Shown: positions 1 through 12,040 of the stretch, one piece after another
How positions within the stretch are numbered: position 1 is the stretch's first letter
Layout: each line of letters opens with the position of its first letter
Assembly (NCBI RefSeq): GCF_006345805.1
Contig: NC_043006.1
Location: 6,634,001 to 6,698,000 of the forward strand
DNA: 64,000 bases
Direction: 5' to 3'
Source of the DNA: Octopus sinensis
Lineage: Eukaryota
Translations under genes and position numbers: made by a program
Notes under the pieces: model-generated
Seen by the model: only the letters and a program-made list of their open reading frames with translations
Databases searched by the model: none
What the model was told of the DNA's origin: nothing

Positions 1-241
1 TTGACGAAAACCGTAAGAAGCCCGTCTTATATATGTATATGTATAATTATAGTATTTTCTGTTAAGAACATAGTAGAATACAATATAAAGCTCGCTCGTC
101 CACTTTCACATTTAAACTGTGCTTTCCAGTAGTAGTATTATATGTATTTCCAGGTTTGCATTTGGGCATCTCTCGTGTGTGAATACATAATTGAAAAAAT
201 TGGAGTCAACAAGAAAGGTACGGTTGGACATTTATTTTTTA

Positions 242-347
242 ATCACTACAATTGTTTGCACGCAACGTAGTTCTCCAGATGTGCAGGTACTTGATTAAGA
301 AACTATTTCCCTGCATTATGAGGTCTAGTTGTGTTTCCTCAGGTGAT
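242..347 (-). ncRNA. Degenerate type I hammerhead ribozyme motif
   Basis: Minus strand reads AUCAC-CUGAGGA-A-long stem II (ACACAAC...GUUGCGU, inner UGCAGG/CCUGCA)-GCAAAC-AAUU-GUA-GUGAU. Stem I AUCAC/GUGAU is perfect and stem III ACAAUUGU is palindromic. GAAA is disrupted by an extra C. Confidence 0.55.
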
Positions 348-721
348 ATGTAAATATTGTCTCTGTAAATTTAAAATGCTCGGCTTCAAGAATATTATAT
401 TTCTCTGTCGGGACCTTAATTTAGTAGTAGTCACAAAGCCTATTTACGTATTCAAAGTGCTTTGAATACGTAAATGTAGTGGGATGGTGATTCTCGTACC
501 CTTAAAGTGGTTGCCGTTATAAAGAGATTGATATTTTATTTCTTTATACTGTTGATTTGTTCTTCATGGTTGGTTACACATATGATTCTCCTTAGCTGGC
601 TTTTAAGATTCAACACTCGGACACATACACGCATATATGCGCGCGCGGGCACACACACACACACGCATATATATACATTCACATACATACACATATAGAA
701 AATCTACACACGCTCACATAT

Positions 722-1250
722 TGGGGAAAAATTTTTGGTGAAAATTTTCCAAAAATTTTTGGGTAATATTTCCTGTGAAAATTTTCGAAAAATTTTTGGG
801 TAAAATTTTCGAAAAACTTTTGGGGAAAATTTTCGAAAAATTTTTGGGTAATATTTTCTGTGAAAATTTTCGGTCAAAATTTTCGAAAAATTTTTGGGTA
901 AAATTTTCGAAAAATTTCTGGGTAAAATTTTCGATCAATTCTGTGAAAATTTTCGAAAAATTTTTCGGTAAAATTTTCGGTGAAAATATTCGAAAAATTT
1001 CTGGGTAAAATTTTCGAAAACTTTTTGGGTAAAATTTTTTATGTGAAAATTTTCAAAAATTTTTGGGAAAAATTTTCGGTGAAAATTTTCCAAAAATTTT
1101 GGGGAAAATTTTCGATAAATTTTTGGGTAAAATTTTCGGTGAAAATTTTCGAAAAATTTTTGGGGGAAATTTTCGCAAAATTTTTGCAGAAAATTTTCGG
1201 TGAAAATTTTCCAAAAATTTATGGGGCAAATTTCGAAAAGTTTTGGTGAA
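722..1250. repeat. Minisatellite of A4T4/A5T5 palindromes (~24-bp unit AAAATTTTCGAAAAATTTTTGGGT)
   Basis: Tandem degenerate units built from GAAAATTTTC and AAAAATTTTT. It explains the repetitive ORFs at 714-1249. Confidence 0.9.
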
Positions 1251-1379
1251 AAATCGAATCTACTTGTAAAAATCGTAGGTAAATTCCAATTGAAGAAATT
1301 CTATATTGTAGAATTGTATTAAAAAGGAACATGGGAACAGGCAGAGAACATCTGCTTTTTATCATACACACACATATTT

Positions 1380-1423
<44 letters not shown>

Positions 1424-3061
1424 TATATATATATACATACATACACATACATCTATATGTATATATATATATAAATGCATGTATGTGTATATATGTATAT
1501 ATATATATATGCATGTATATATATATATATATATATGCAAACGCACACATACATATTTATACGTCGAGAAAGGCATAGGTTAAGATTAAAGTCCTTCAAA
1601 TTAATGCACACGTTAATCTAACCAACGTCCTATATTTTATCAATATAGAGTCACTGACATTATACTATTCTGCAATTACTGCTATCTCCGACTGGCCAAT
1701 GTGAGGAAAAAGGTAATGCCCTTAGAATAACTTATTTCGAAATTCATCCCCAATTTATATAAATAGTTTAGAATTATCTGAACAGCTTAGGCTATATTAT
1801 CAATAGATTTTAAGGTCGAATGCATGCCATAAGAATATACACCATTTTGACAATCAGTTTCGTTTTCATAGTTTCTTCGTTTACCCTCTCAGTGTCCCAC
1901 TCTCTAAAACGTAATAAGCCGAGTACTGATAAGGCATACTGACGTCAATTGGTTGAGTGTTGCCTATAGATTGGGGAATTACTGTCAATAGGCAACTTCT
2001 CCCTTACTCATACTGAAAACATGAATTGATCCGTTGTCATTCATACCGGTTATTGTTATCAATATATGAAGGTCTTTGTATCGTTTCATTTAAACTAGCA
2101 ACTTCGAAATGAATTAGACCAATGCGGTTAACCTCTCTCTTGAAAATTTGCAGATTTTAACATAAACTATTTGGCGTGGATCAATGTAGATCTGTCAGGA
2201 AAAGTATATGATGCACAAAGAAAAAATTCAATAGACGTTGGGTGGTATGATAATGAAAAGTGAGTCGAGTGTGACTAAGTAAATGTGACACGATGCCAAT
2301 AATCTCAGACAAGTTGAGATAGTAGCAGCAGGATTGATAGCGGTAGGACACAGTACACCCATGGGTAACACTTGATTGTGACTTCATATCAATCAGTAGA
2401 TTTGTCTTTCTTTGGAAGTTGTGTGGGATGAAAATTCGAAGATCTAATTTGGGCGCGAGAGAACCTCACTGGCAGTGAGAACCATGAAGTCTCTGATGGC
2501 ATGTTATTTATAAATGAGGGTATTCTTTTTTCCCCACTTTATTCATACATATTTCTGCCGATGCGTGAAGTGAGCGACTCTGTACTACAAAGGAAGTTAA
2601 CACTGACATAATTCTATTGCGAAATAGGCAGAGAAGTAGGAGATTTGGGTCTGAGGTTTCTAGTTTAGAAGAGGATGACAATTGGTTGGGAGAAATTCAT
2701 GAGGATTGACAGGCAATATAACTTGAACAGCGGTGAGTTTTGTTGGAGGCCACGGCATCGTACATGACGATACGGACGTGAGAGTCTTGAAAATATAGAC
2801 AAACACTGTCGCATACCAATTTCATAGTATGAGTCTGTAAATATCTGCTTGAGATCATGTCGGAATGGAGCAATATCACAAAACTTCGTATTCAAAATAT
2901 CAAAAGAGTTATCACGTACGTTTTTCTGAGAGCGAGAAGTCAAGGTAATGGAAATGTAGGTTAACATAACACCTGCCTTCTGAGACCCCTTTCTTGAGAT
3001 CCATAAAGAGCGAGAGAATGAGAGAGAGAGAGAGAGAGTGTGTGTGGTAGTGAAATAGTTA

Positions 3062-3456
3062 TCTTTATATATAAAAGTGAGGTTGTGTGCTGTCTGTCTC
3101 CTACGATTTAGATTCCTAACTACTCCCACATTTTGCGGTGCAGTTTAACCAAAACCGGGTATCTTATAGTCGTGATTCATATCGAGCCCTTCTGGGTATT
3201 AGTGCGCGTCTACGATGAGTCTACCATTTAAAAAAAATTACCATCAATTTTTCCCATTTTTAATGCATTTTTGGCATATATAAGGGAAGTAACTCTCTAA
3301 AAATTTATTATTAAATCTCAGAACGTAAAAAGCTACAGTAACCCCCCCCCGTTTGTGGTTAGCCATATTGAGATGGCTATTATACTTTACATCTCTAAAA
3401 ATGCTTATATAGTTATTTCCCTTACAAACCCGAGCAACGCCGGGCGATACTGCTAG
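3062..3456 (+). mobile_element. Non-autonomous Helitron, copy 1
   Basis: Starts A|TC(TTTATATATAAAAG) and ends with hairpin CCCGAGCAACGCCGGG then CTAG. No TSD. Homologous copies at 41964-42357 and 43420-43820. Confidence 0.8.
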
Positions 3457-4142
3457 CTTAATATAACGGAGAAAGTGTTTTTTAATTCTTTACTCTATCG
3501 CGTAAGAGACGCTGGAAGTGAACGTAGTAGAACGACTGATTTTGGAAATGATAAGCAGCGTCAAAGAGTTTAAACTTCATTCAAAAGTGACACACAGTCG
3601 CCTACTTGCAAATGGCAGAATGTCGGAATATCAAAATATAATAGTAGAATATGAGTGGGGAGATATCAATTGAAAGAGAGTGAGGGAGTAAATTAGGAAA
3701 TTGAGTGTAATACAGTTTGAATCACAAGGATTGTGATTTGGAGGATATTGCATGAAAAATGTTCAAGAGAGTTAGCTAACTTGTTTTAAAAGTGTGTGTG
3801 TTTGTGAATATGCATGTGTCGTTGAGGTGGAGCGATTCACATGATTTCAAATAACATATGTAATAAGTAGTTGATAAAAAATATTTTCCTGCTTAAAAAT
3901 ATTGGTTTATGTTGATGAAATATTATGTATGTTTGAATTAATATTGATATTTGTGTTTTCAACGTTTGAAGATACATAATCATACCTATTGATTTTCTCA
4001 GATTCTTCAAATGGAAAACCGTAAGCTGAAAAAAAATTAGCTGAACGTTCTATGATTAAATATTTGATTGAGATATTGGATATGGATATGATTAACTTAC
4101 GACGAAAATACTTTTGTTTTTCGAGAGGCGTGTTGTACGCCA

Positions 4143-4281
4143 TGTGTGTGTTTGTGTGTGTTTGTGTGTGTGTGCGTGCGTGTGTGTTTGTGTGTGCGTG
4201 TGTGTGTGTGCGTGTGTGTGTGTGTGTGGTGTGTGTGTGTGCGTGCGTGTGTGTTTGTGTGTGCGTGTGTGTGTGTGCGTG

Positions 4282-4319
<38 letters not shown>

Positions 4320-4386
4320 CGTGTGTGTGTTTGTGTGTGTGCGTGTGTGTGTGTGCGTGCGTGTGTGTGTGTGTGTGCGTGCGTGC
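4143..4386. repeat. (TG)n/(TGCG)n microsatellite
   Basis: Direct inspection. Confidence 0.95.
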
Positions 4387-4812
4387 ATGTCTAACTTGTA
4401 TTATTAAATCTCACAAGCCCCACTCTGCACTAACTTAATACTGAATGATCATCCAACACAAATAATTCCTTAGTAAAACATTCATAATTCTCCGGTAAAA
4501 GATAAAAAATACTACATGTAGCTGTAGAACTAAAATTGAATTTACTGGAACGGAGACAGTGAAGAGAGACAACAATGAAAGAATGAAAATACCTTATAAT
4601 AACAACATATTTTAGCTAAATCAGTGTCTTCATGCTTTCTATGATGGATACCACTATATCCTATATTGACAACAGCGCACCACTATTGCATTTTAATGTT
4701 CTTTAGCAACATAGAATCGAAACCCATGAGACAAAGCAAAATGCAAAGTCTAAAAAATGACATATGGGATAAAACATATTGAAAACTGAATGAATAAAAG
4801 TCCGAACGTATA

Positions 4813-4863
4813 AACACATACACGCACACACACACACACACATACACATACATACACACACAG

Positions 4864-4896
<33 letters not shown>

Positions 4897-5000
4897 CACA
4901 CACACACACATACACACACAGACACACAGACACACACACATACACACACAGACACACAGACACACACACACACACACATACATACACACACAGACACACA

Positions 5001-5039
<39 letters not shown>
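4813..5039. repeat. (CA)n compound microsatellite
   Basis: Direct inspection. Confidence 0.95.
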
Positions 5040-5040
<1 letters not shown>

Positions 5041-5236
5041 ATTCTCAGATCAATTCCTCCCTTATTTTAGAATCTAAAAAGTGAGTGTTATATACCCATC
5101 CAGCATAGGAGAGAGTTAGAAGTGATGAAAGAGAAGAGAGAGCCTGCCACACAATTTATCTGACAGAAGGGGAATGCACGTAAGCAGCAGAGGATAAAAA
5201 GCGCAAAAGAAATAGATACGCTTCGTTGCACAAAAT

Positions 5237-5454
5237 TGAACGAGATGTAAACAGTAACTGCACGACAACGTAAAGTATACTAGCCATCTCAATATGGCTA
5301 ACCACTAAGGGTGGGTGTTGCTGCCTAAAACCAGCTGGAGACGATGATCTCCTGGGGCTACAAGCTACAGTAACACCCACCCTTAGTGGTTAGCCATGTT
5401 GAGATGGTTAGTATACTTTACGTTGTCGAGCAGTTACTGTTTACATCTCGTTCA
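5237..5454. mobile_element. Foldback/MITE-like palindromic element
   Basis: Inverted arms of ~85 bp (TGAACGAGATGTAAACAG...GGGTGGGTGTT and its complement) surround a ~50-bp spacer. Confidence 0.75.
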
Positions 5455-5724
5455 GAGATTTATCATTGCTTAAATAATGATTCGTTTTTAAAAACGAAAT
5501 CAATGAGGAATATTGCTGGGATTTATAGAGATTCAAATATAATAGAAATTAGACATCGTCTATATTATGTACTTTCAGTATTAGGTATCACTACGAAACT
5601 TCATCTCACAACATAATTGCAAGTCTGAAATAACACCAAGCACTAAAAATAGATTAAGGCACAGTGTGTCAAGTTTCTGTTTGTTATACATTGAGTGTTG
5701 GTGATCAATGTTGCGAGTAGTATT

Positions 5725-5892
5725 AAGGCGGTGGCCTGGCAGAGTATTTCGTATGCAGAGCAAAATGCTTAGTGGCATTTTGTCCGTCTGTACGTTCTGA
5801 TTTCAAATTCTGCCGGGGTCGACTTTGCCTTTCATCAGTTCGAGTTTAATAAGGTCAGTACCTGTTGAACACTGGCCTCAACGTAATCAACT
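5725..5892 (+). mobile_element. Degraded SINE family C, interrupted by the palindromic element
   Basis: Similar to 44896-45125 (AAGGCGGTG..CTGGCAGA...GTCGACTTTGCCTTTCATC). Confidence 0.65.
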
Positions 5893-6315
5893 GTATACTA
5901 GCCATCTCAATATGGCTAACCACTAAGGGTGGGTGTTACTGTAGCTTTTAGCCCCAGGAGATCATCGTCTCCAGCTGGTTTTAGGCAGTAACACCCACCC
6001 TTAGTGGTTAGCCACATTGAGATGGCTAGTATACTTTACGTTGTCGTGCAGTTACTGTTTACATCTCGTTCAGAGATTTATTATTGCTTGTAGACAGTTT
6101 TTCGAAATCAGTGACGAAAGTTACTGGAAAAACAATAAATAAGGATTTGCAAACGGTCTCCCTTCATCGAAAACAGGTGATTGCCGTACGCCGAAGACAG
6201 GCGTACAGAAAGTGTGCCTAAAGCCAGCTGGAGACGATGATCTCCCGGGGCTACAAGCTACAGTAACACCCACCCTTAGTGGTTAGCCATATTGAGATGG
6301 CTAGTATACTTTACG
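5893..6315. mobile_element. Two further copies of the palindromic element
   Basis: 5893-6090 repeats the 5237-5470 element with the spacer reversed. 6216-6315 is a half copy. ACGTAATCA occurs on both sides (5881 and ~6313). Confidence 0.75.
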
Positions 6316-7715
6316 TAATCATTATTTACCTTTCCCAGAAACAACTGAGAATACCATAGATATTTCTTGGACACTCAAACACCTCGGTCACTTTTCGCAG
6401 GTATTATTATGATATCCATTATAATAAATGCGAATGTCATTCCGAGAACCAGTGGCCCAACATATTATACCATTTTAGAAACGGGCCGAATTTGTGAGTA
6501 AAATAAAAACATTCCGAGCCGAATCCGGTCTCCTCGAAATCCTGAAATTTTGGATTCCCAAATTTTCATTACTGCGATTGTTTTCGCTGATTTTTTACGT
6601 GATTTTTTGCAACAAATTGTTTCGTACGATAACAATTTTTACGATAACAATTTATTTGAACGATAACGATTTTTACTAGCTGGATCTGTAAAAACTTCAC
6701 GGAAAATATAAAAGCTCTAAACATCTGTAAACAGTGATTTCATATAATGATTATAGAATAATTATGGGCAAAACTACAGATGCATACCCCGCCTACTTTG
6801 TTGCCTTTGAAATTCCATAAATAATCGTTTAGATCTTGTTGCCTGGGCGTATGTTAAGATTTGTTGGAAAATTTTTTTTCCAAGGAGCTAGGGTGAGGAG
6901 TCTCGGAAAATTCATTCACAGAACCTGACATTTTCCAACCCATAACTTTCAGGAAAATTGATATTTTTTAATGAAATTTTATACAGATAACCTTTCAAAC
7001 ATCATAGAATAACTGTCACAATGGCTTTCTCATATATCGTCCAAGACGCAATGCTTTCCTGCGTTTTCTCTCTGAGAGTAGCTTCATTCTCTATCCGCTC
7101 CTTTCGTTCACTCACTCTATCTCTCTAAATCTCTTTCTCTCTCCCCCTCCCTCCTTTCTCTCCCTCCTTTATGTCTCCATGCTTCTAACCTTCCTCCTGT
7201 GTTTAACACAGTATATTTCTATTACCTCTCAGTGCTATCAACGTCCTCTCTCTTTCCCTCTCTTTCACTCTCTCACTCCCTCTTACTCTCTATTCTTTGC
7301 CGCTTTGACTCTTACTTCAACTATGCTTTTGCTTAACAAGTTTCAGTTCTCTCTTTTTACCTCTTCCTTTCAACTAAGTGTGACACGCACCACAGGTACA
7401 TACATATCTACTTAAGTATTAGCGTATTAATATAGCAATTTTTATAACAGGGAAATCAATTTGAGAATAATCGAAATAAATCGTGAAATCCAACGAAAGT
7501 CACCCATGAAATAGAAATAATTATTTGTACGAAAAGTAAGAACCTACGTACATCAAATTGTCTTTAAATCAAGTGGCGGCGGAAGAATTATCGTTGAACT
7601 TTTAAAAGGTAGGCTTAATTATTAGTGTAATACTTCAATGCAGCGACCAATTTTCAGTTCTTCTGTAGTTTAATTTTGCCTATCGTCATCAGAGGACCAG
7701 ATTGCAATCAAAAGA

Positions 7716-8012
7716 ATGAAGGCTGCAGCGAGGAAAAGAAAATACAGTGCAAATGAAGAACCAGATAAAACGGCAGCCAGGAGGGCTTCCAATGCTGAAA
7801 ATATGCAAATACTTAGGAACTCTCAAACTCCTGAACAAGCTGCATCCAGGAGAGCATCAAATACTCTTACCAAGTGGAGAGAAAGGGCATTGGAAACACC
7901 TGAACAAGCTGAATCTAGGAGAGCTTCCAATGTAGCCAACATGAGAAGAGTTAGGGATTCATAATCACTAGATCAATCAGAAAACAGAATAGATTTCAAT
8001 GTTGTACGGGAG
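7716..8012 (+). pseudogene. STPR-like 23-aa repeat coding remnant, probably the N-terminus of a Helitron Rep/helicase
   Basis: Three 23-aa repeats: EEPDKTAARRASNAENMQILRNS, QTPEQAASRRASNTLTKWRERAL, ETPEQAESRRASNVANMRRVRDS. A TAA then falls at the E position of a fourth repeat (*SLDQSENRIDFN). Confidence 0.65.
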
Positions 8013-8041
8013 GTGTATCTGTATACCTATATGCCTATATA

Positions 8042-8373
8042 AAAAAAAAAGACTCCGCCGGTTACGACGACGAGGGTCCCAGCTGATACGATCAACGGAA
8101 CAGCTTGCTCGTGAAATTAACGTGCAAATGGCTGAGCATTCCACAGACACGTGTACCCTTAACGTAGTTCTCGGGGAAAATCAGCGTGACACAGAGAGTG
8201 ACAAGGCTGACCCTTTGAAATACAAGTACAACTCATTTTTGCCAGCTGAGTGGACTGGAGCAACGTGAAATAAAGTGTCTTGCTCAAGGACACAACGCGT
8301 CGCCGGGAATCGAACTCACAACCTTACGATCATGAGCCGAATGCCCTAACCACTAAGCCACGCGCCCTCACCC
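8042..8373 (-). mobile_element. tRNA-derived CORE-type SINE with the family A tail
   Basis: Minus strand has A box GTGGCTTAGTGG, B box GTTCGATTCC and CORE-like GTGTCCTTGAGCAAGACACTTTA...CCACTCAGCTG. The 3' part is homologous to 9350-9520. TSD TATGCCTATATA at 8030-8041 and 8374-8385. Confidence 0.8.
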
Positions 8374-9146
8374 TATGCCTATATATATATATCTTAACTG
8401 AATATGCTGAATATTCTTAACTATTTATCCCCTGGCACATTCCTATAAATTCGGTATTAGTTATCACTCTGAAATTTTCTCTCGCAGCATATTTCCAAGT
8501 ATGAAATAACAAATTTATTGAAAATGTCACAATAAATACCAAAGCTACGTTTAAACTCTTTAAGAACTTGGTATGTTATCACTGCCTAATTATTTGCTCT
8601 ACTAGAGAATTTAGTTTATACATAAATGAATCAAACAAAAATTAAACGCTTTATTAATCTTCCGTAGCTTAATTATCTCGAAGAACAAAAAGGGTATGAC
8701 CCGAATTAACTGATGCATACCCGAATACGCAAAGCATTATTGTAAGATCAAAATTTATTCCGCAGACGTTAATGTGGACATACACACGCACACAGTCACA
8801 GATTATATGTGTCTACATATGCGTGTCTATAGAGTGGTGACCTGAAGTGCTAGAAATAGTTCTCACACAAATAATGCACTATATACTTCAAACCGGAAGG
8901 AGATACAGAATAGGTTAAAACTGATAAAAAATAACAACAGGAAAGTCACGAGTGGGGCAAATTTTATTACATGCCCGGTTGATGAAGACAAATAGGTTGA
9001 CAAACAATATAAGCAGTCACATGTCTTTCCTTTCAGGAAATGACAGTCTGGTACCTATAAAACATAAAAACAAAAATATTACTCGAAGTGCACCCCTACA
9101 TTTACGAAATAGTAGCACATATTTGACAATGAGGTTCATAAGATGG

Positions 9147-9535
9147 GGAGGCGAAATGGCCCAGTGGCTAGGGCAGCGGAGTCGTGGTCATAGGATCGCA
9201 GTTTCGATTCCCAGACCGGGCGTTGTGAGTGTTTATTGAGCGAAGACACCTAAAAGCTCCACGAGACTCCGGCAGGGGATGGTGGTGATCCCTGCTGTAA
9301 TCTTTCACCACAACTTTCTCTCACTCTTACTTCCTGTTTCTGTTGTACCTGTATTTCAAGGGGCCGGCCTTGTCACTCTCTGTGTCACGCTGAATATCCC
9401 CGAGAACTACGTTAAGGGTATACGTGTCTGTGGAGTGCTCAGCCACTTACACGTTAATTTCACGAGCAGGCTGTTTCGTTGATTCGGATCAACCGGAACC
9501 CTCGTCGTCGTAACCGACGGAGTGCTTCCTATCCC
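9147..9535 (+). mobile_element. tRNA-derived SINE family A
   Basis: A box TGGCCCAGTGG, B box GTTTCGATTCC. TSD TCATAAGATGG at 9136-9146 and 9536-9546. Near-identical copies at 58841 and 61378. Confidence 0.9.
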
Positions 9536-9868
9536 TCATAAGATGGAAGTCGTATATGCATATACATGTATGTGTGTGTATGTGTGGTGGGGATGAGCCT
9601 TTATATCTATAATTACCAAGGTTTCCTTGACAAATATATGCCCTGCTCCGCAAGACACTATTAAGCCAAATTACTAATTTACATTCCTGTCTAATTCCTG
9701 TATATTTCAGTCTCTACGACTTCCCATAATATTCCCTAGTGACTACATTTTTAAGAACTAATCTTCACTTAGCTTTCCCTAAAAGAACTGAGAATATCGC
9801 AGATATTTCTGGGGAATTCAAGAGCCTCGGTCACTTTTGCGGGTACAACATACATCCTATTTTATTAT

Positions 9869-10032
9869 CATATATATATATATATGTATGTATATATATA
9901 TACATATAAATATATATATGTATGTATATATATATACATATAAATATATATATGTATGTATATATATATATACATATAAATATATATATGTATGTATATA
10001 TATATATATACATATAAATATATATATGTATG

Positions 10033-10066
<34 letters not shown>

Positions 10067-10134
10067 TATATACATTTATGTATTGTATATACACATACAT
10101 ATACATACATATATATATATATGCATATATATGC

Positions 10135-10165
<31 letters not shown>

Positions 10166-10187
10166 TACATATATACATATATATATA

Positions 10188-10232
<45 letters not shown>
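9869..10232. repeat. (TA)n-rich compound microsatellite
   Basis: Direct inspection. One of many TA tracts in the window. Confidence 0.95.
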
Positions 10233-10234
<2 letters not shown>

Positions 10235-11239
10235 AGCATGTATAGGGGAATTAATACAGATCAACACGTTCATTCCCTAATATTTGGACATATCTAAACA
10301 TAAACGTGAATGGCTGGCTGCATTCATCGTTGTTCTGATGCATGTATATATAATGCGTGTTTGGTTTCCAAGCATCAACCGTAATTTTTCACTGATCTGA
10401 CTATATTGATTTTCGTTTTCGAATGACATCAAAAGAAGTTTTGATATGTTCTACGTTGCTATGGTGAAGAAGTAGTCTTTGTGTAAATATATACATGAAA
10501 TCGCAGATAAATTTGTCCAATGTAACCCTAGCGTTATGTATTGATCTAGCTAAAGGTTAGAATATTTCACAGACAATAGGATTGAGTATAATGAAAGCGT
10601 GAGAAATAAACGAATATTATAGAAAATGTTTATGGTCGACACATTATTGTAAACTCGAAGATAAGTCTCTCGTCTGCTATTGATTCAAAGTTATAACCGC
10701 TCCACGTTGTTTTTATTATTCATGTTAGTCCGTTTGTGATCATATTTCTCAAGTTACTACCACCCTAATTTGAAGTTTTGCACTAACTGTGTCAAAAGGA
10801 ATTTGGATTCCTCTCTGGAAAATTTCGGTAAAACGGTCCCGTTCATGAACTTATGTCTTGCGACAATAAATAAATAAACAATCCGTTTTCTTTACTATGG
10901 AAACATGTTAATATTAGTTCTATATTTTTACTTAGTTCTGTTGAAAAGTTTTATCAAACTAATCTTTCGACATTATTATAGCAACACCTTGGCACAACTA
11001 TGTTTGATATTTATCTAATTGTTTATTCCATGAAATGGTAACTACATTGTGGAGTAGGCTGATACACATCTGGCATATTCACTGATTCTCATCACAACAA
11101 ACGCTCCTTTCAAATACTAATATTTAAACATAATTTTGGGGGTACTAGTTAGAGTTTGATGTGCAATATCTTAGCTGCTATTTACTGTGTTCTTCAAATT
11201 ATAAGAATACAAAAAGCAATATATTGCATCTATCACATA

Positions 11240-11985
11240 CTAGCAGTATAGCCCGGCTTTGCCCGGGATTAAGTTAGGATTATTAAGCTAATCAAGTTCT
11301 TTATTTCAAACCAAACTTAGTAACATCGACGTCAAATTCGGGCGAAATCCATTCAAATTGGTAAACTTTTGTTTGAAAATGAGTTGCAGACAACTTGATT
11401 GGGTAATCCCATAAGGAATCGATTTATTGATTTTTTCCAATCATCGATTTTGTTTTCGTTTTTGGAGAACTTAAAGCATTCAAAGATCCCATGAGTCCTA
11501 AGTAATGCTGGCTTCAAGTTTGAACAAAATACATCAAAATTCGTAAAAGTCATGGTTGAAAATGTGGTGTAGCCCATTTTATTGGGCAATCCTATAAGGA
11601 TTCGGTTTATCGATTTATTTTGACCCGATTAAATGGAAAACCCCATAAAGAATCAGGTTATTGATTTTTCAACCCAAATAGGACATAACCGAACACAATA
11701 TTGCTGATACAAAAACATCTATATTTATACTTTAAAGTTGCTTTTCACACCCAACCCAGTTCTGCAGAATCAATGCCGCGATGGGAGCGCATTGGTTGGG
11801 AGTTAGATCGGCAGAGGGGATCAGGTTGCATATGCCAGTCCTTTGAAAACACCATCCCCATCATCTAACTCAATTTGCCCATGGATTGGAAACCTTTCCA
11901 GCAAGGAAAATAGAATGCCCAAAAGGGCTCCCGATTCTCTGTGTCAGAAGCGCTTATGTTCAAATCACAAATAATTCTTAAGTAT
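11240..11985 (-). mobile_element. Second non-autonomous Helitron family (3' end clear, 5' end approximate)
   Basis: Minus strand ends CCCGGGCAAAGCCGGG-CTATACTG-CTAG|T. Internal subrepeats resemble CCCATAAGGAATCGATTTATTGATTTT at ~11408, 11590 and 11642. Confidence 0.6.
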
Positions 11986-12002
11986 ATATATATATGTATA
12001 TA

Positions 12003-12040
<38 letters not shown>

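Noticed and set aside
714-1249. Repetitive KIFEKFLG/ENFTQKFF ORFs, or a CRISPR-like array
   Set aside because: These are translations of a minisatellite. There are no unique spacers or cas genes, and the context is eukaryotic.
1850-3000. Possible ancient LINE endonuclease region on the minus strand
   Set aside because: Only vague similarity with many stops. No motif is clear enough to call.
9147-9222. tRNA gene (also at 58841 and 61378)
   Set aside because: The tRNA-like head continues into a shared ~300-bp body bounded by TSDs, so it is a SINE.
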